Shown here: in pieces, positions 38,050 to 46,739 of the stretch | Numbering within the stretch: position 1 is the first letter of the stretch | Layout of the letters: each line of letters starts with the position of its first letter | NCBI GenBank assembly: GCA_016235455.1 | Contig: JACRKZ010000018.1 | Coordinates: 1-64,000, forward strand | DNA from: Armatimonadota bacterium | GTDB taxonomy: Bacteria > Armatimonadota > UBA10988 | DNA length: 64,000 bases | Direction: 5' to 3' | Made by a program: the position numbers and the translations under genes | The notes under the pieces: generated by a model | Seen by the model: the letters and a program-made list of their open reading frames with translations, nothing else | Told to the model about the DNA's origin: nothing | The model's database searches: none

Positions 38050-39495
38050 ATGGGCGACCAACTCACCCGCGGGCTCGAAGCCGCGCTGACCTCCGGTGCG
38101 TCGTATGCCGACGCACGCCTGCTCACCGTGGATACCGAATACCTGGCCGCGCGGCGTGGCCAGGTGGCCGCGGTGCATCGCGAAGAGGAGACCGGCCTGT
38201 CGGTGCGCGTGCTGGTCGATGGCGCTTGGGGTTTCGGCTCCACCGCCGACCTGAGCAGCGACGGCGTGGCGCGCGCTGCGGCGTTCGCCGTGGCCAACGC
38301 CCGCGACACCGCGCGGCTGCGACTGGCGCCGGTGGAACTCGCGCCCGAGCCCGCGCTCACGGCCAGCTACGAGACGCCGTACCAACGCGATCCGACCAGC
38401 GTGCCGCTGACGGAGAAGCTCGACCTGCTGGTTGAGGTGGTGCGGCGCATGGAGGAGCATCCTGGCGTGGCCGTGGCCGATGCCTCCATGGAATTCCGCA
38501 CCGAGCGCCAGAGGCAGCTCACCAGCGAGGGCAGCGACCTGACGCAGACCATTCGCTTCGCCGGCGTGGGCATGGGCGCCACCTCGGTCGGGCCAGGCGG
38601 TGTGCAGCGGCGCAGCTACCCCAATTCCTGGGGACAGTACATTTCGGGCGGCTATGAACTGGTCGACGAGAGCGACCTGCCGAGTCACTGCGCTCGACTG
38701 GCCGCCGAGGCCGCCGCGCTGCAAGAGGCCGACGTCTGTCCCAGCGGCCGCTTCGACCTCATTCTGGACCCGCGGCAGCTCACGCTGCAGATCCATGAGA
38801 GCGTGGGCCACCCGCTGGAGCTCGACCGCGTGCTGGGCGGCGAGGCCAACTACGCGGGTACCAGCTTCGCCACACCCGAGAAGTTGGGCCACCTGCAGTA
38901 CGGCAGCCCGCTGGTCAACCTGACCGCCGACGCCACCTTGCCCCGCGGCGTGGCCACGTTCGGCTTCGATGATGAAGGCGTGGCGGCGCAGCGCTGGCCG
39001 CTGGTGGCGGACGGCGTTCTGGCCGGTTATCTGACCTCGCGCGAGTATGCAGGCGCCATCGGCGAGGCGCGCAGCCGCGGCGCCATGCGGGCCGACGGCT
39101 GGCACAACGCGCCGATCGTGCGCATGGTCAACATCAACCTGGAGCCCGGCCGCGAGGACCTGCTGCTCGATGACCTGATCGCCGACACCAAGCACGGCAT
39201 CTACATGAGCACGAACCGCTCGTGGAGCATCGACCAGCGCCGCGTCAACTTCCAGTTCGGCTGCGAGATCGCCTGGGAGATCCGCGACGGCAAGCTGGGC
39301 CGGATGTTGCGCAACCCCGTCTACCACGGGCTGACGACCGAGTTCTGGGGCAGCTGTGACGCCATCGCCGGGCCACGCGCCTGGGAACCTTGGGGCATCA
39401 ACAACTGCGGTAAGGGCCAACCTGGCCAGCGCGCCGAGATGACCCACGGGTCCAGTCCGACGCGCTTCCGGCAGGTGGCTTGCGGTACTGCTTAG
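38050..39495 (+). CDS. tldD: TldD/PmbA family metalloprotease (TldD-like)
   Basis: YADAR, VRVLVDGAWGF, IHESVGHPLELD, FDDEG, RMVN, CGKGQP. Confidence 0.9.
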   Translation: MGDQLTRGLEAALTSGASYADARLLTVDTEYLAARRGQVAAVHREEETGLSVRVLVDGAWGFGSTADLSSDGVARAAAFAVANARDTARLRLAPVELAPEPALTASYETPYQRDPTSVPLTEKLDLLVEVVRRMEEHPGVAVADASMEFRTERQRQLTSEGSDLTQTIRFAGVGMGATSVGPGGVQRRSYPNSWGQYISGGYELVDESDLPSHCARLAAEAAALQEADVCPSGRFDLILDPRQLTLQIHESVGHPLELDRVLGGEANYAGTSFATPEKLGHLQYGSPLVNLTADATLPRGVATFGFDDEGVAAQRWPLVADGVLAGYLTSREYAGAIGEARSRGAMRADGWHNAPIVRMVNINLEPGREDLLLDDLIADTKHGIYMSTNRSWSIDQRRVNFQFGCEIAWEIRDGKLGRMLRNPVYHGLTTEFWGSCDAIAGPRAWEPWGINNCGKGQPGQRAEMTHGSSPTRFRQVACGTA

Positions 39496-39510
39496 GCGAG
39501 GAGACGCTTG

Positions 39511-40497
39511 ATGAAGTGTGCACGGTGGTTGCTCGTAGCGGTCTTGGCGGCGGCGATGGGCTCGGCGCAGGTGGACCAGCGCCCGGGCATCAATGGCGAG
39601 TTCGGCAAGTCGTACCACCTGGGCTCCGCTGACAATGGTATCGAGTTCACGCTCAAGAGCGTCGAGTACTCCGTCAGCCGCGCCAACGTGGGCGACACAT
39701 GCTACGCCTCGGACAAGGCCAGCCGGCTGATGATCATCCACTACTCAGCGCAGAACGCCACCAGGGACGACATGCAAACCGGCTCGCTGGTCACCTTCAC
39801 CGCGGTCACGGCCGAGAAGGAGAACCGCGAGATGCAGGTCTGGCCTGGCGTCGAGGGCACCAACCAGTACCTGCCCGACAACCTGAAGCCGGCCCAGCGT
39901 ATCGAGTGCTTCTCGGTGATCCCGGTGCCCGACAAGGATGTCGTGCCCAAGCTCATCGCCATGCGCACCGAGAACGACAACGTCATCCGCTATAGCCTCG
40001 ACGGCAAGATCAAGCCGCTGCCCGCCAAGTACGCCGATCCCGCCGACAAGACCGGCCTGACGCCACTCGAATCGCTGCCCGCCAAGGCCGGCGAGCTGAC
40101 GCCCATGGGTCCGTTCGACCTGCGCGTGGACAAGTGGGAGACGCTGACCGGCACCATCCCCGACAGCGACCTGGCCGATGGCTACTACTACTTCGCCGTG
40201 ACCGTCACGCTCAAGAACCAATCGAGGATCGATTACGGCGTCGATGCCAGCAACTGGGCGTCGCTCGTGACCGAGGACGACGCCAAGGTTGAGAATCCGC
40301 TGCTCGTCTCGGCAACGCGCCCCAAGATCGTGGAACTCGAAGTCAAGGCTGGTGCCGAGCTGACCGCGCGCCTGGTCTTCCAGGTCGAAAAGGACACCAA
40401 GGTCAAGTCCTTTGTGATGCACGGCCCGGTTGACCATGGCTTCGATTCCGAGAGCCGACCGGTGGTGGTCATGACCACGGAGGCGCCCAAGCCGTGA
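39511..40497 (+). CDS. Secreted protein with two DUF4352-like beta-sandwich domains
   Basis: Signal peptide; two repeats of an FxLxxxxV...xxN...L.PG-type pattern. Confidence 0.6.
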   Translation: MKCARWLLVAVLAAAMGSAQVDQRPGINGEFGKSYHLGSADNGIEFTLKSVEYSVSRANVGDTCYASDKASRLMIIHYSAQNATRDDMQTGSLVTFTAVTAEKENREMQVWPGVEGTNQYLPDNLKPAQRIECFSVIPVPDKDVVPKLIAMRTENDNVIRYSLDGKIKPLPAKYADPADKTGLTPLESLPAKAGELTPMGPFDLRVDKWETLTGTIPDSDLADGYYYFAVTVTLKNQSRIDYGVDASNWASLVTEDDAKVENPLLVSATRPKIVELEVKAGAELTARLVFQVEKDTKVKSFVMHGPVDHGFDSESRPVVVMTTEAPKP

Positions 40498-41738
40498 CCG
40501 AAGAGCAGTTGCTGGACAGCGCCGAGGTGGTCTCGCGCCACCGCGCCGCGCTACAGCCGCACCTCGCGGAGTCACTGGCCTGCTTGCCGGACCTGCCGCG
40601 CTTCCTCGCGCCCGAGTTCGTGCTCTGGGCGCGCGAGTTCGCCGGCCTGCCAGCGGAGCTGGACGCACCGTTGACCGAGACAGCGCGGGCCATTGCCGGC
40701 CATGCCGGTCTGCGCGGGCTGATCTGGCATCAGAGCCGCCTGCTGTATGATCACCTGGACCACCCGACCGACGCCTGCGGTGGCTGGCCGACGTTCGAGC
40801 ATGTGCTGGGCGACCAGGCCGGACTGTACTACCTGATCCTCTGTTTCGAGGTGCTGCCGCGCATGGTCGAGCGGCATCGCGAACGCGGCATCCCCGAGTC
40901 AGTCTCGCGCGCCTGCTGCACCCACTTCCGCGAATCCCTGCGGCTGTACGGCCTGACTCGGGGCGGCGCGCTCGGCGTGTCGCCCCGAGTGCTGTTCTGG
41001 CTGCGCAACCATCTCGCCGGCCGGCTCATCACGCTCGGTCGGTTCGAATACATGGTGCGGCCCTTCACCGATCGCGCGCGTGTCTTCCGACGACGCGCGG
41101 ATGGCGCCGTGGTGGCATTGGACCGCGGCGGACAGTGGTTCAACGCACACGGTTACCTGGACGCTGGGGCCACCTCGGGCTGGCAGAGCGTCTACCAGGA
41201 GACCGAGTCCGCCTGGACCGGCACGCCGCTGCATCCCGCGGGGCATGCGCTGCCGGACCCGGTGTCGCTGGCCAAGGCGGAGTGGGACCTGGCCCTGGCG
41301 CCGGGCGAGCCGATCCTGGAAGTCCACATCCCCGCCGGCGGGCAGATGACCCTCGACCGCGCGCTGGACTCTATGCGTCAGGCGCCGCCGTTCTTCCGGC
41401 GGCACTTCGCCGATCAGCCGTTCCGCGGGTTCGGCACCTTCTCCTGGATCCTCGACCCCGAGATCCCGGTCTGGTACGGCCCCGAGACCAACATGGCACA
41501 GTGGGAACGGGAGTTGTATCTGTTCCCCTACCCCTCGAGCGGCCGCGATGGCCTGTACTTCGTGTTCGGCGAGGCGCCCATCGACCCGCCCAACCTGCCG
41601 CGCGACACCAGTCTGCGCCGCGCCGTACTCGACCGCCTCGCCGCGGGCGGCGGCATCCGCGCAGGGGGCATGTTCGTGCTGCTCGACGAGCTCGACGCGC
41701 TGGGCACGCAGCCCTATCGCCGCATCTGGCCATTCTGA
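40494..41738 (+). CDS. Acyltransferase domain protein (DUF5596/GNAT_C-like)
   Basis: WLRNHLAG..LGRFEY, LEVHIPAGG, SWILDP, PRDTSLRRA motifs. Confidence 0.75.
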   Translation: MTEEQLLDSAEVVSRHRAALQPHLAESLACLPDLPRFLAPEFVLWAREFAGLPAELDAPLTETARAIAGHAGLRGLIWHQSRLLYDHLDHPTDACGGWPTFEHVLGDQAGLYYLILCFEVLPRMVERHRERGIPESVSRACCTHFRESLRLYGLTRGGALGVSPRVLFWLRNHLAGRLITLGRFEYMVRPFTDRARVFRRRADGAVVALDRGGQWFNAHGYLDAGATSGWQSVYQETESAWTGTPLHPAGHALPDPVSLAKAEWDLALAPGEPILEVHIPAGGQMTLDRALDSMRQAPPFFRRHFADQPFRGFGTFSWILDPEIPVWYGPETNMAQWERELYLFPYPSSGRDGLYFVFGEAPIDPPNLPRDTSLRRAVLDRLAAGGGIRAGGMFVLLDELDALGTQPYRRIWPF

Positions 41739-41743
41739 AACCG

Positions 41744-41849
41744 GATGAGGGCCGAAGGCCCGGCGCCATACCAGCCCAGGGCAACGGCCTGGGTACGCGC
41801 GTGAGGCGTCGCCTCACGCTGGTATGACACCGGGCCTTCGGCCCTCATC
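41744..41849. repeat. REP-like long inverted repeat between convergent genes
   Basis: gatgagggccgaaggcccgg..cataccagc / gctggtatg..ccgggccttcggccctcatc with internal hairpins. Confidence 0.8.
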
Positions 41850-41852
41850 GGA

Positions 41853-43013
41853 TTAGGTGGTCGGCGCGTAGTCCGGCGCGGCCGGCACATCCAGCGGCAT
41901 CCCGCCCTGGCGCAGCGATGCGGCGCCCTGGCAGCCGGTGGCCACGCTCATACGGCCGGCCAGCGCGGTGGCGATCGGCGCCTTGCCGTCCAGCACCATG
42001 TCCAGGAAGTCCTCGCAGATGACCGGGTCGGCACCGCCGTGTCCGCCTTCGGCGGGCTTCACCGTGTACTCGCGGTCGGAGAGCGACTTGTAACCGAAGC
42101 GGCGACGCAGCTTCACCCACACCTTGTTCTCCGGCTCTGAGTTCTCCACGCGGCCCTCGGTGCCGATGATGGTGTAGTTGCGGTGGTAGTCGGGCGTGAA
42201 GTGGCACTGCAGGTACGACGCCTTGATGCCGCCTTCAAGCATCATGATCATCGTCTGGTTGTCCTCAACGTCGATCTCTTCGCGGAAGGCGCACAGCTCG
42301 TGGCCCGGCCAGGCGCTCTGGCAGTCGGGGCAGGTGCGCTTCTCGTCACACTCGGGGCATATGAGGTCGTTGGGCTTGTCGCCGCCGTAGTAGTCGAGCC
42401 CGCCGAAGGCCGCCACGCGCTGGGTGTAGCGCCCGGTCAGCCAGTGGATCATGTCGATATCGTGCGCGCCCTTTTGCAGCAGCAGCGATGTGGCGTTGCG
42501 CCGGGTGGCATGCCAATCGTGATAGTAGAAGTGCCCGCCGTAGCCCACGAAGTGGCGCACCCAGGCCGCCTTGACTTCACCGATGACGCCCGAGTCGATG
42601 ACTTCCTTCATGACCCGGAAGATGTTCATGTAGCGCATGTTGAAGCCGCACATGAGGCGCAGACCGGAGTCGGCATAGGCCTTGAGCATGCGGTCGCAGC
42701 CGTCGATGGTGATGGCCAGCGGCTTCTCGCAGAAGACATGCTTGCCCGCCGACAGCGCGGCAATGGCGTGCTCCTCGTGGCAGAAATCGGGCGAGGTGAC
42801 CGCGATGGCATCGATGTCGTCGCGCTCCAGCAGTCGCCGATAGTCGTCCGTGACGAACGCCTGACCGTCGAGCGCCTCCGAGAACGACTTGCGGAAGCCC
42901 TCATTGGGGTCGGCGCCACCCACGACCACCGACCGCTTGTCGGGCTGATGCCAGTGCCGCCACAGTCCACCACGACCGGCCACGCCGATCATGCCAATGC
43001 GCAACTTGTCCAC
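41853..43013 (-). CDS. Gfo/Idh/MocA family oxidoreductase
   Basis: GTG start with AAGGAG SD; IGMIGVAGRG, GKHVFCEKPLA, KGAHDID. Confidence 0.9.
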   Translation of the reverse strand: MDKLRIGMIGVAGRGGLWRHWHQPDKRSVVVGGADPNEGFRKSFSEALDGQAFVTDDYRRLLERDDIDAIAVTSPDFCHEEHAIAALSAGKHVFCEKPLAITIDGCDRMLKAYADSGLRLMCGFNMRYMNIFRVMKEVIDSGVIGEVKAAWVRHFVGYGGHFYYHDWHATRRNATSLLLQKGAHDIDMIHWLTGRYTQRVAAFGGLDYYGGDKPNDLICPECDEKRTCPDCQSAWPGHELCAFREEIDVEDNQTMIMMLEGGIKASYLQCHFTPDYHRNYTIIGTEGRVENSEPENKVWVKLRRRFGYKSLSDREYTVKPAEGGHGGADPVICEDFLDMVLDGKAPIATALAGRMSVATGCQGAASLRQGGMPLDVPAAPDYAPTT

Positions 43014-43106
43014 CGTGCACTCCTTTGTGAGGCCGCTGCGCGCGGTACCGACCGCGGGCATCCAGCCTACCCCAGCCATCGGCGGGAGTTTAGCACGGTT
43101 CGAGCG

Positions 43107-43436
43107 CTACTTGGGCGGCAGGCTGCCAGCAAACGTCCAGCCACGGTCCAGCCAGTCGGCCAGCACCACCTCGTCGGCCAGGACGTCGGCAGCCACCACC
43201 ACCCAGCCCTTCATGGGCCGACCGGTGATGTCGAAGGGTCGCGTGCCGGGCTCCATGAGGGCCAGTTCGCCATCTGCCGGGCCGACGCGCACAATCAGTT
43301 CGGCTCCCAGCAGGCCCGCGGCCATGTTGCCATCGCGCAGCCAGCCGAGCCCGCCGAACATGCGCTTCTCGACGAATCCGGCGCGTCCCGCGTAATGCGC
43401 GTGGCAGCGTTGGTGCAGATCGGCGTCAAAGGCCAT
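43107..43436 (-). CDS. TfoX/Sxy N-terminal domain protein
   Basis: EKRMFGGL, LIVRVG, GRPMKGWV motifs. Confidence 0.85.
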   Translation of the reverse strand: MAFDADLHQRCHAHYAGRAGFVEKRMFGGLGWLRDGNMAAGLLGAELIVRVGPADGELALMEPGTRPFDITGRPMKGWVVVAADVLADEVVLADWLDRGWTFAGSLPPK

Positions 43437-44229
43437 GGGTCGCGGGCTCCGTGGCTCGCTCGGCGAGCTCACGGCGCGCAGTGTACAACAGCAAATCGTC
43501 CTCGACCGCGGCCACCGCGTCCGTGGTTGTCGTCTTGGCGTACTGGGCCGCCGGGTTGCCCTGGCGATAGAAGCAGCCGATCAGCACCCAGCGCGGGTAG
43601 TCGCTCTCGTTGGCATCCGAGCGGTGCAGCGTGTTGCTATGGAAGAACAGCGCGTCGCCCGGCTCCATGGTGGCGTAGGCCAGCGGCAACACGGTCAGCG
43701 CCTGCGCCACCCGCGCGGGGTCGGCGCCGTGCTGTTCACCGATGGGACCATGGTCGAGGCGGCCGAGCAGATGGCTGCCGCGGATGACCTGGAGGCACCC
43801 GTTGTCGATGGTGCATGGATCGACGGCCACCATGCAACTGGCCAAGTCAGGATAGAGAAACTGCTCGCGGTCGTACCAGTAGCCGTAGTCCTGGTGCCAT
43901 TCCCAGGCGCCGCCGCCATGAGCTTCCTTCATCATCATCTTGTGGTGGAAGTAGCCCACCGGCCCGCCGAGCACCTGCTCCATGCCGCTGACCATGCGAC
44001 GGCCGCTGATCAGCGCGCTGTATACGTCGTCGCCGAGCTCGTAGCGCAGCGCCAGGCGCGAGGCGTTGCCGCCGGAATCGAGGCGGTCATTGGCGCCGGC
44101 GGCCAGCGCCCGATCGGCCTTGGCGATGGTGCGCAGCGCTTCGATCTCCTCGCGCGCGTAGAGACCACGCACGATGACATACCCATCTTGGGCAAAGCAC
44201 GCCAGATCCGACGCGGAAAGTGTGGCCAT
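43426..44229 (-). CDS. Phytanoyl-CoA dioxygenase (PhyH) family Fe/2OG enzyme
   Basis: WHQDYGYW, NGCLQVIRGSH, FFHSNTLHRS. Confidence 0.9.
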   Translation of the reverse strand: MATLSASDLACFAQDGYVIVRGLYAREEIEALRTIAKADRALAAGANDRLDSGGNASRLALRYELGDDVYSALISGRRMVSGMEQVLGGPVGYFHHKMMMKEAHGGGAWEWHQDYGYWYDREQFLYPDLASCMVAVDPCTIDNGCLQVIRGSHLLGRLDHGPIGEQHGADPARVAQALTVLPLAYATMEPGDALFFHSNTLHRSDANESDYPRWVLIGCFYRQGNPAAQYAKTTTTDAVAAVEDDLLLYTARRELAERATEPATHGL

Positions 44230-44363
44230 GTCCGCTGAGACTCCCTTTGGCTCAGCCTGCGGCCACGCCCGTGCCTCGTCAGGACCCATTTCCTGACCCC
44301 CAGGTCTGCAAGTGCGTCCTTGTCGCCGGCCTATCCCGGTCGTATGCTGATCCTGGGAGTGCC

Positions 44364-45611
44364 ATGCGAACCAACCGACGTGCCGCGATCATCTACGCCA
44401 TCATCTTCCTCGACCTGCTGGCCTTTGGTATTGTGGTGCCGCAACTGGGCATCTATGCCAAGCACTTCGGCGCCGACGCGCTGACCCAGGGCCTGCTGGT
44501 CGGCTGCTACTCGGCCATGCAGTTCCTGTTCGCGCCGCTGCTCGGTCGTTGGTCGGACCGCATCGGGCGTCGGCCGGTACTGGTGGTCAGTCTGCTCACC
44601 TCGCTGGCCGGCCACGTACTGTTCGCGCTGGCGCACAGCCTGCCGCTGCTCTTCGCCGCGCGGCTTATCGACGGCCTGGGCGGGGCCAACGTCGCCACGG
44701 CGCAGGCCTACCTGAGCGACGTGACGCCACCCGAGCGGCGCTCCAAGGCCATGGCAGCGGTCGGCATGTCCTTCGGCATGGGGTTCATCCTGGGTCCGGT
44801 GGTGGGAGCGGTGCTGGCCCCCTGGGGCACGCACCACTGGGGTGCTTACGGCGGCAACCTGGCCATCGGCTCGGTGGCGGCGGCCTGCTCGCTGGCCACG
44901 ATGGTCATGACCATCGTGTGGTTGCCCGAATCGCTAGCGCCCGAGCAGCGTCACGGCGCGCGAGGCCCGCTGCGCTTCGTCGACCTGGCCAGTCTGCGCA
45001 GCGCCTGGGCGCTGCCGGAGGTGCGCAATCTGCTTCTGGTCAACCTGATCAGCGTGGCCGGTTTCGCCGTGCTGCACGCCATCCTCAGCTACTTCCTCAT
45101 CGACCAGTTGCACATCGTCGTGCGCTCGGCTGAGGGGGTGAAGTCGGCTCAGCGCGCCACGGGCTGGGTCTTTGGCTGGATCGGCATCGTCAGTTTCCTC
45201 GCTCAAGGCGGTGTCCACGCCGTGGCGCACCGGCTGGGCGAAGAGCGGCTTCTGCGGATGGGGCTCATTCTCCAGACGGTGGGTCTGGCGCTGCTGCCCA
45301 TCGGGGGCTCGCTGGGCTGGCTGTTGCTGTGGTGCTTCCCGCTGGCCGTGGGCAGCGCCCTGTGCAACGCGCTGCTGCCGGCGCTGCTCACGCTGCACAG
45401 CCCGCCAGAGCGGCGCGGCGAGATCCTTGGCCTGTCCTCTTCCCTGGGCAGCATCGGCCGCATTGGTGGGCCGCTGTGCGGTGGCTGGCTCTACGATCTG
45501 TCGCCCACCGCGCCGTTCGCCGTGGGTGTGGCGCTCACACTGGTCGCCGTTGCGGTATCATGGAGCGTTCCCGAGAGAGTCGTCGCATGCCAGGACCCAG
45601 CCTCCGCCTAG
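44364..45611 (+). CDS. MFS efflux transporter (TetA/DHA1-like)
   Basis: GRWSDRIGRRP motif A, GFILGPVVG motif C; about 12 TM. Confidence 0.9.
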   Translation: MRTNRRAAIIYAIIFLDLLAFGIVVPQLGIYAKHFGADALTQGLLVGCYSAMQFLFAPLLGRWSDRIGRRPVLVVSLLTSLAGHVLFALAHSLPLLFAARLIDGLGGANVATAQAYLSDVTPPERRSKAMAAVGMSFGMGFILGPVVGAVLAPWGTHHWGAYGGNLAIGSVAAACSLATMVMTIVWLPESLAPEQRHGARGPLRFVDLASLRSAWALPEVRNLLLVNLISVAGFAVLHAILSYFLIDQLHIVVRSAEGVKSAQRATGWVFGWIGIVSFLAQGGVHAVAHRLGEERLLRMGLILQTVGLALLPIGGSLGWLLLWCFPLAVGSALCNALLPALLTLHSPPERRGEILGLSSSLGSIGRIGGPLCGGWLYDLSPTAPFAVGVALTLVAVAVSWSVPERVVACQDPASA

Positions 45612-45946
45612 TTGCCACCGCCGACCGCGTCACGCCCGACGATCCGCTGCCGGTGGCGGTAGCCGTCGTCAATTCCACCGGCCAGCCCCTGCACGGGCTG
45701 AGCGCCGAGCTCACGCTCGAGATCGAGAAGGGCGTGCTGCTGTCGTGGGAACTGATCCTCGCGGATGTGCCGGCCGGCGGCCAACTCGATCAGGCCATGC
45801 TCGACGCGCGGCCGGCATACCGCCTGCCGCACAACGCCGCCGTCGGCCAGGGCATGTTCCGCGCGCGGCTCTACGCCTCGGATGGCGCGCAGTTGGCCGA
45901 GGCCGAGCTCCAGTTACCGGTGACGGGCAGCGCCAGTCCGTCGTAA
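45587..45946 (+). CDS. Small hypothetical beta-rich protein
   Basis: ATG 45587; GC3-rich codons in this frame; fills the MFS-PhnP gap. Confidence 0.55.
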   Translation: MPGPSLRLVATADRVTPDDPLPVAVAVVNSTGQPLHGLSAELTLEIEKGVLLSWELILADVPAGGQLDQAMLDARPAYRLPHNAAVGQGMFRARLYASDGAQLAEAELQLPVTGSASPS

Positions 45947-46686
45947 GCCAGCCGCACGCCGGCCGGCAGCAGCGCGTCGTCACGCTCGTGGTCGTACTCG
46001 TGGGTCAGGTGCGTCAGCCACGCCTGCCTCGGCCTCACTTGTTCAATCACCGCCAGGGCCTCGTCCCGGCCCATGTGCGTGTTGTGCGGCGTGTGGCGCA
46101 GGCCGTCGATGACCAGCGTGTCGAGCCCGGCCATGCGGGCCAGCGTGGCCTCGGGCACGCGCTTGCAGTCCGGCACATAGGCGAAGTCACCCACGCGCAG
46201 GCCCAGCACGGTGAGGTCGCCGTGCTCCACGGGCAGCGGCTCCAGGCGCACGCCGGCCACCTCGACCGCCTGGTCGAAGTCGGGTACCAGCTGCAGATCG
46301 AGGCGCGGCTTGAACGAGCCGTTGTCGACGCCGTCAAAAGCGTAGGCGAAGACCCGGCGGACGCACGCGAGAGTCACCGCATCGCCCAGGATGGGCATGG
46401 GGCGTTTGGCGCGGAGGATGTACAGGCGCAGATCGTCGAGGCCGAAGATGTGGTCGAAATGCTCGTGCGTAAGCACCACGGCATCGACGCGCATGATGCC
46501 CGCGCGGAGCGCCTGTGCACGGAAGTCGGGGCCGCAGTCGAGGATGATGCTACGCTCGTCATCGTGCAGCCAGACCGAGGATCGCAGCCGCCGATTGCGC
46601 GGGTCGGGTGACGTGCACACCGGGCATTCGCAACCCAGGAACGGCACGCCGGCCGAGGTGCCGGTGCCTAGCAGAACGGCTTCGAT
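45871..46686 (-). CDS. PhnP/YycJ-like MBL-fold hydrolase; apparent ATC start
   Basis: (I)EAVLLGTGTSAGVPFLGCECPVC, RNRRLRSS, DCGPDFR, THEHFDH, LAYDGL. Confidence 0.85.
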   Translation of the reverse strand: MEAVLLGTGTSAGVPFLGCECPVCTSPDPRNRRLRSSVWLHDDERSIILDCGPDFRAQALRAGIMRVDAVVLTHEHFDHIFGLDDLRLYILRAKRPMPILGDAVTLACVRRVFAYAFDGVDNGSFKPRLDLQLVPDFDQAVEVAGVRLEPLPVEHGDLTVLGLRVGDFAYVPDCKRVPEATLARMAGLDTLVIDGLRHTPHNTHMGRDEALAVIEQVRPRQAWLTHLTHEYDHERDDALLPAGVRLAYDGLALPVTGNWSSASANCAPSEA

Positions 46687-46702
46687 GGGTCTTCCTCCAC
46701 CG

Positions 46703-46715
46703 TGTTAGAATAGCA
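46703..46715. promoter_or_regulatory. Overlapping divergent extended -10 elements
   Basis: + strand TGTTAGAAT (46703-46711); - strand TGCTATTCT (46715-46707). Confidence 0.6.
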
Positions 46716-46739
46716 CAGGTTGGAGTGGCCTCTTCCCCC

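Noticed and set aside
44364-45611. Tetracycline resistance gene tetA
   Set aside because: Generic DHA1 motifs only, no tetR or mobile context; substrate cannot be assigned
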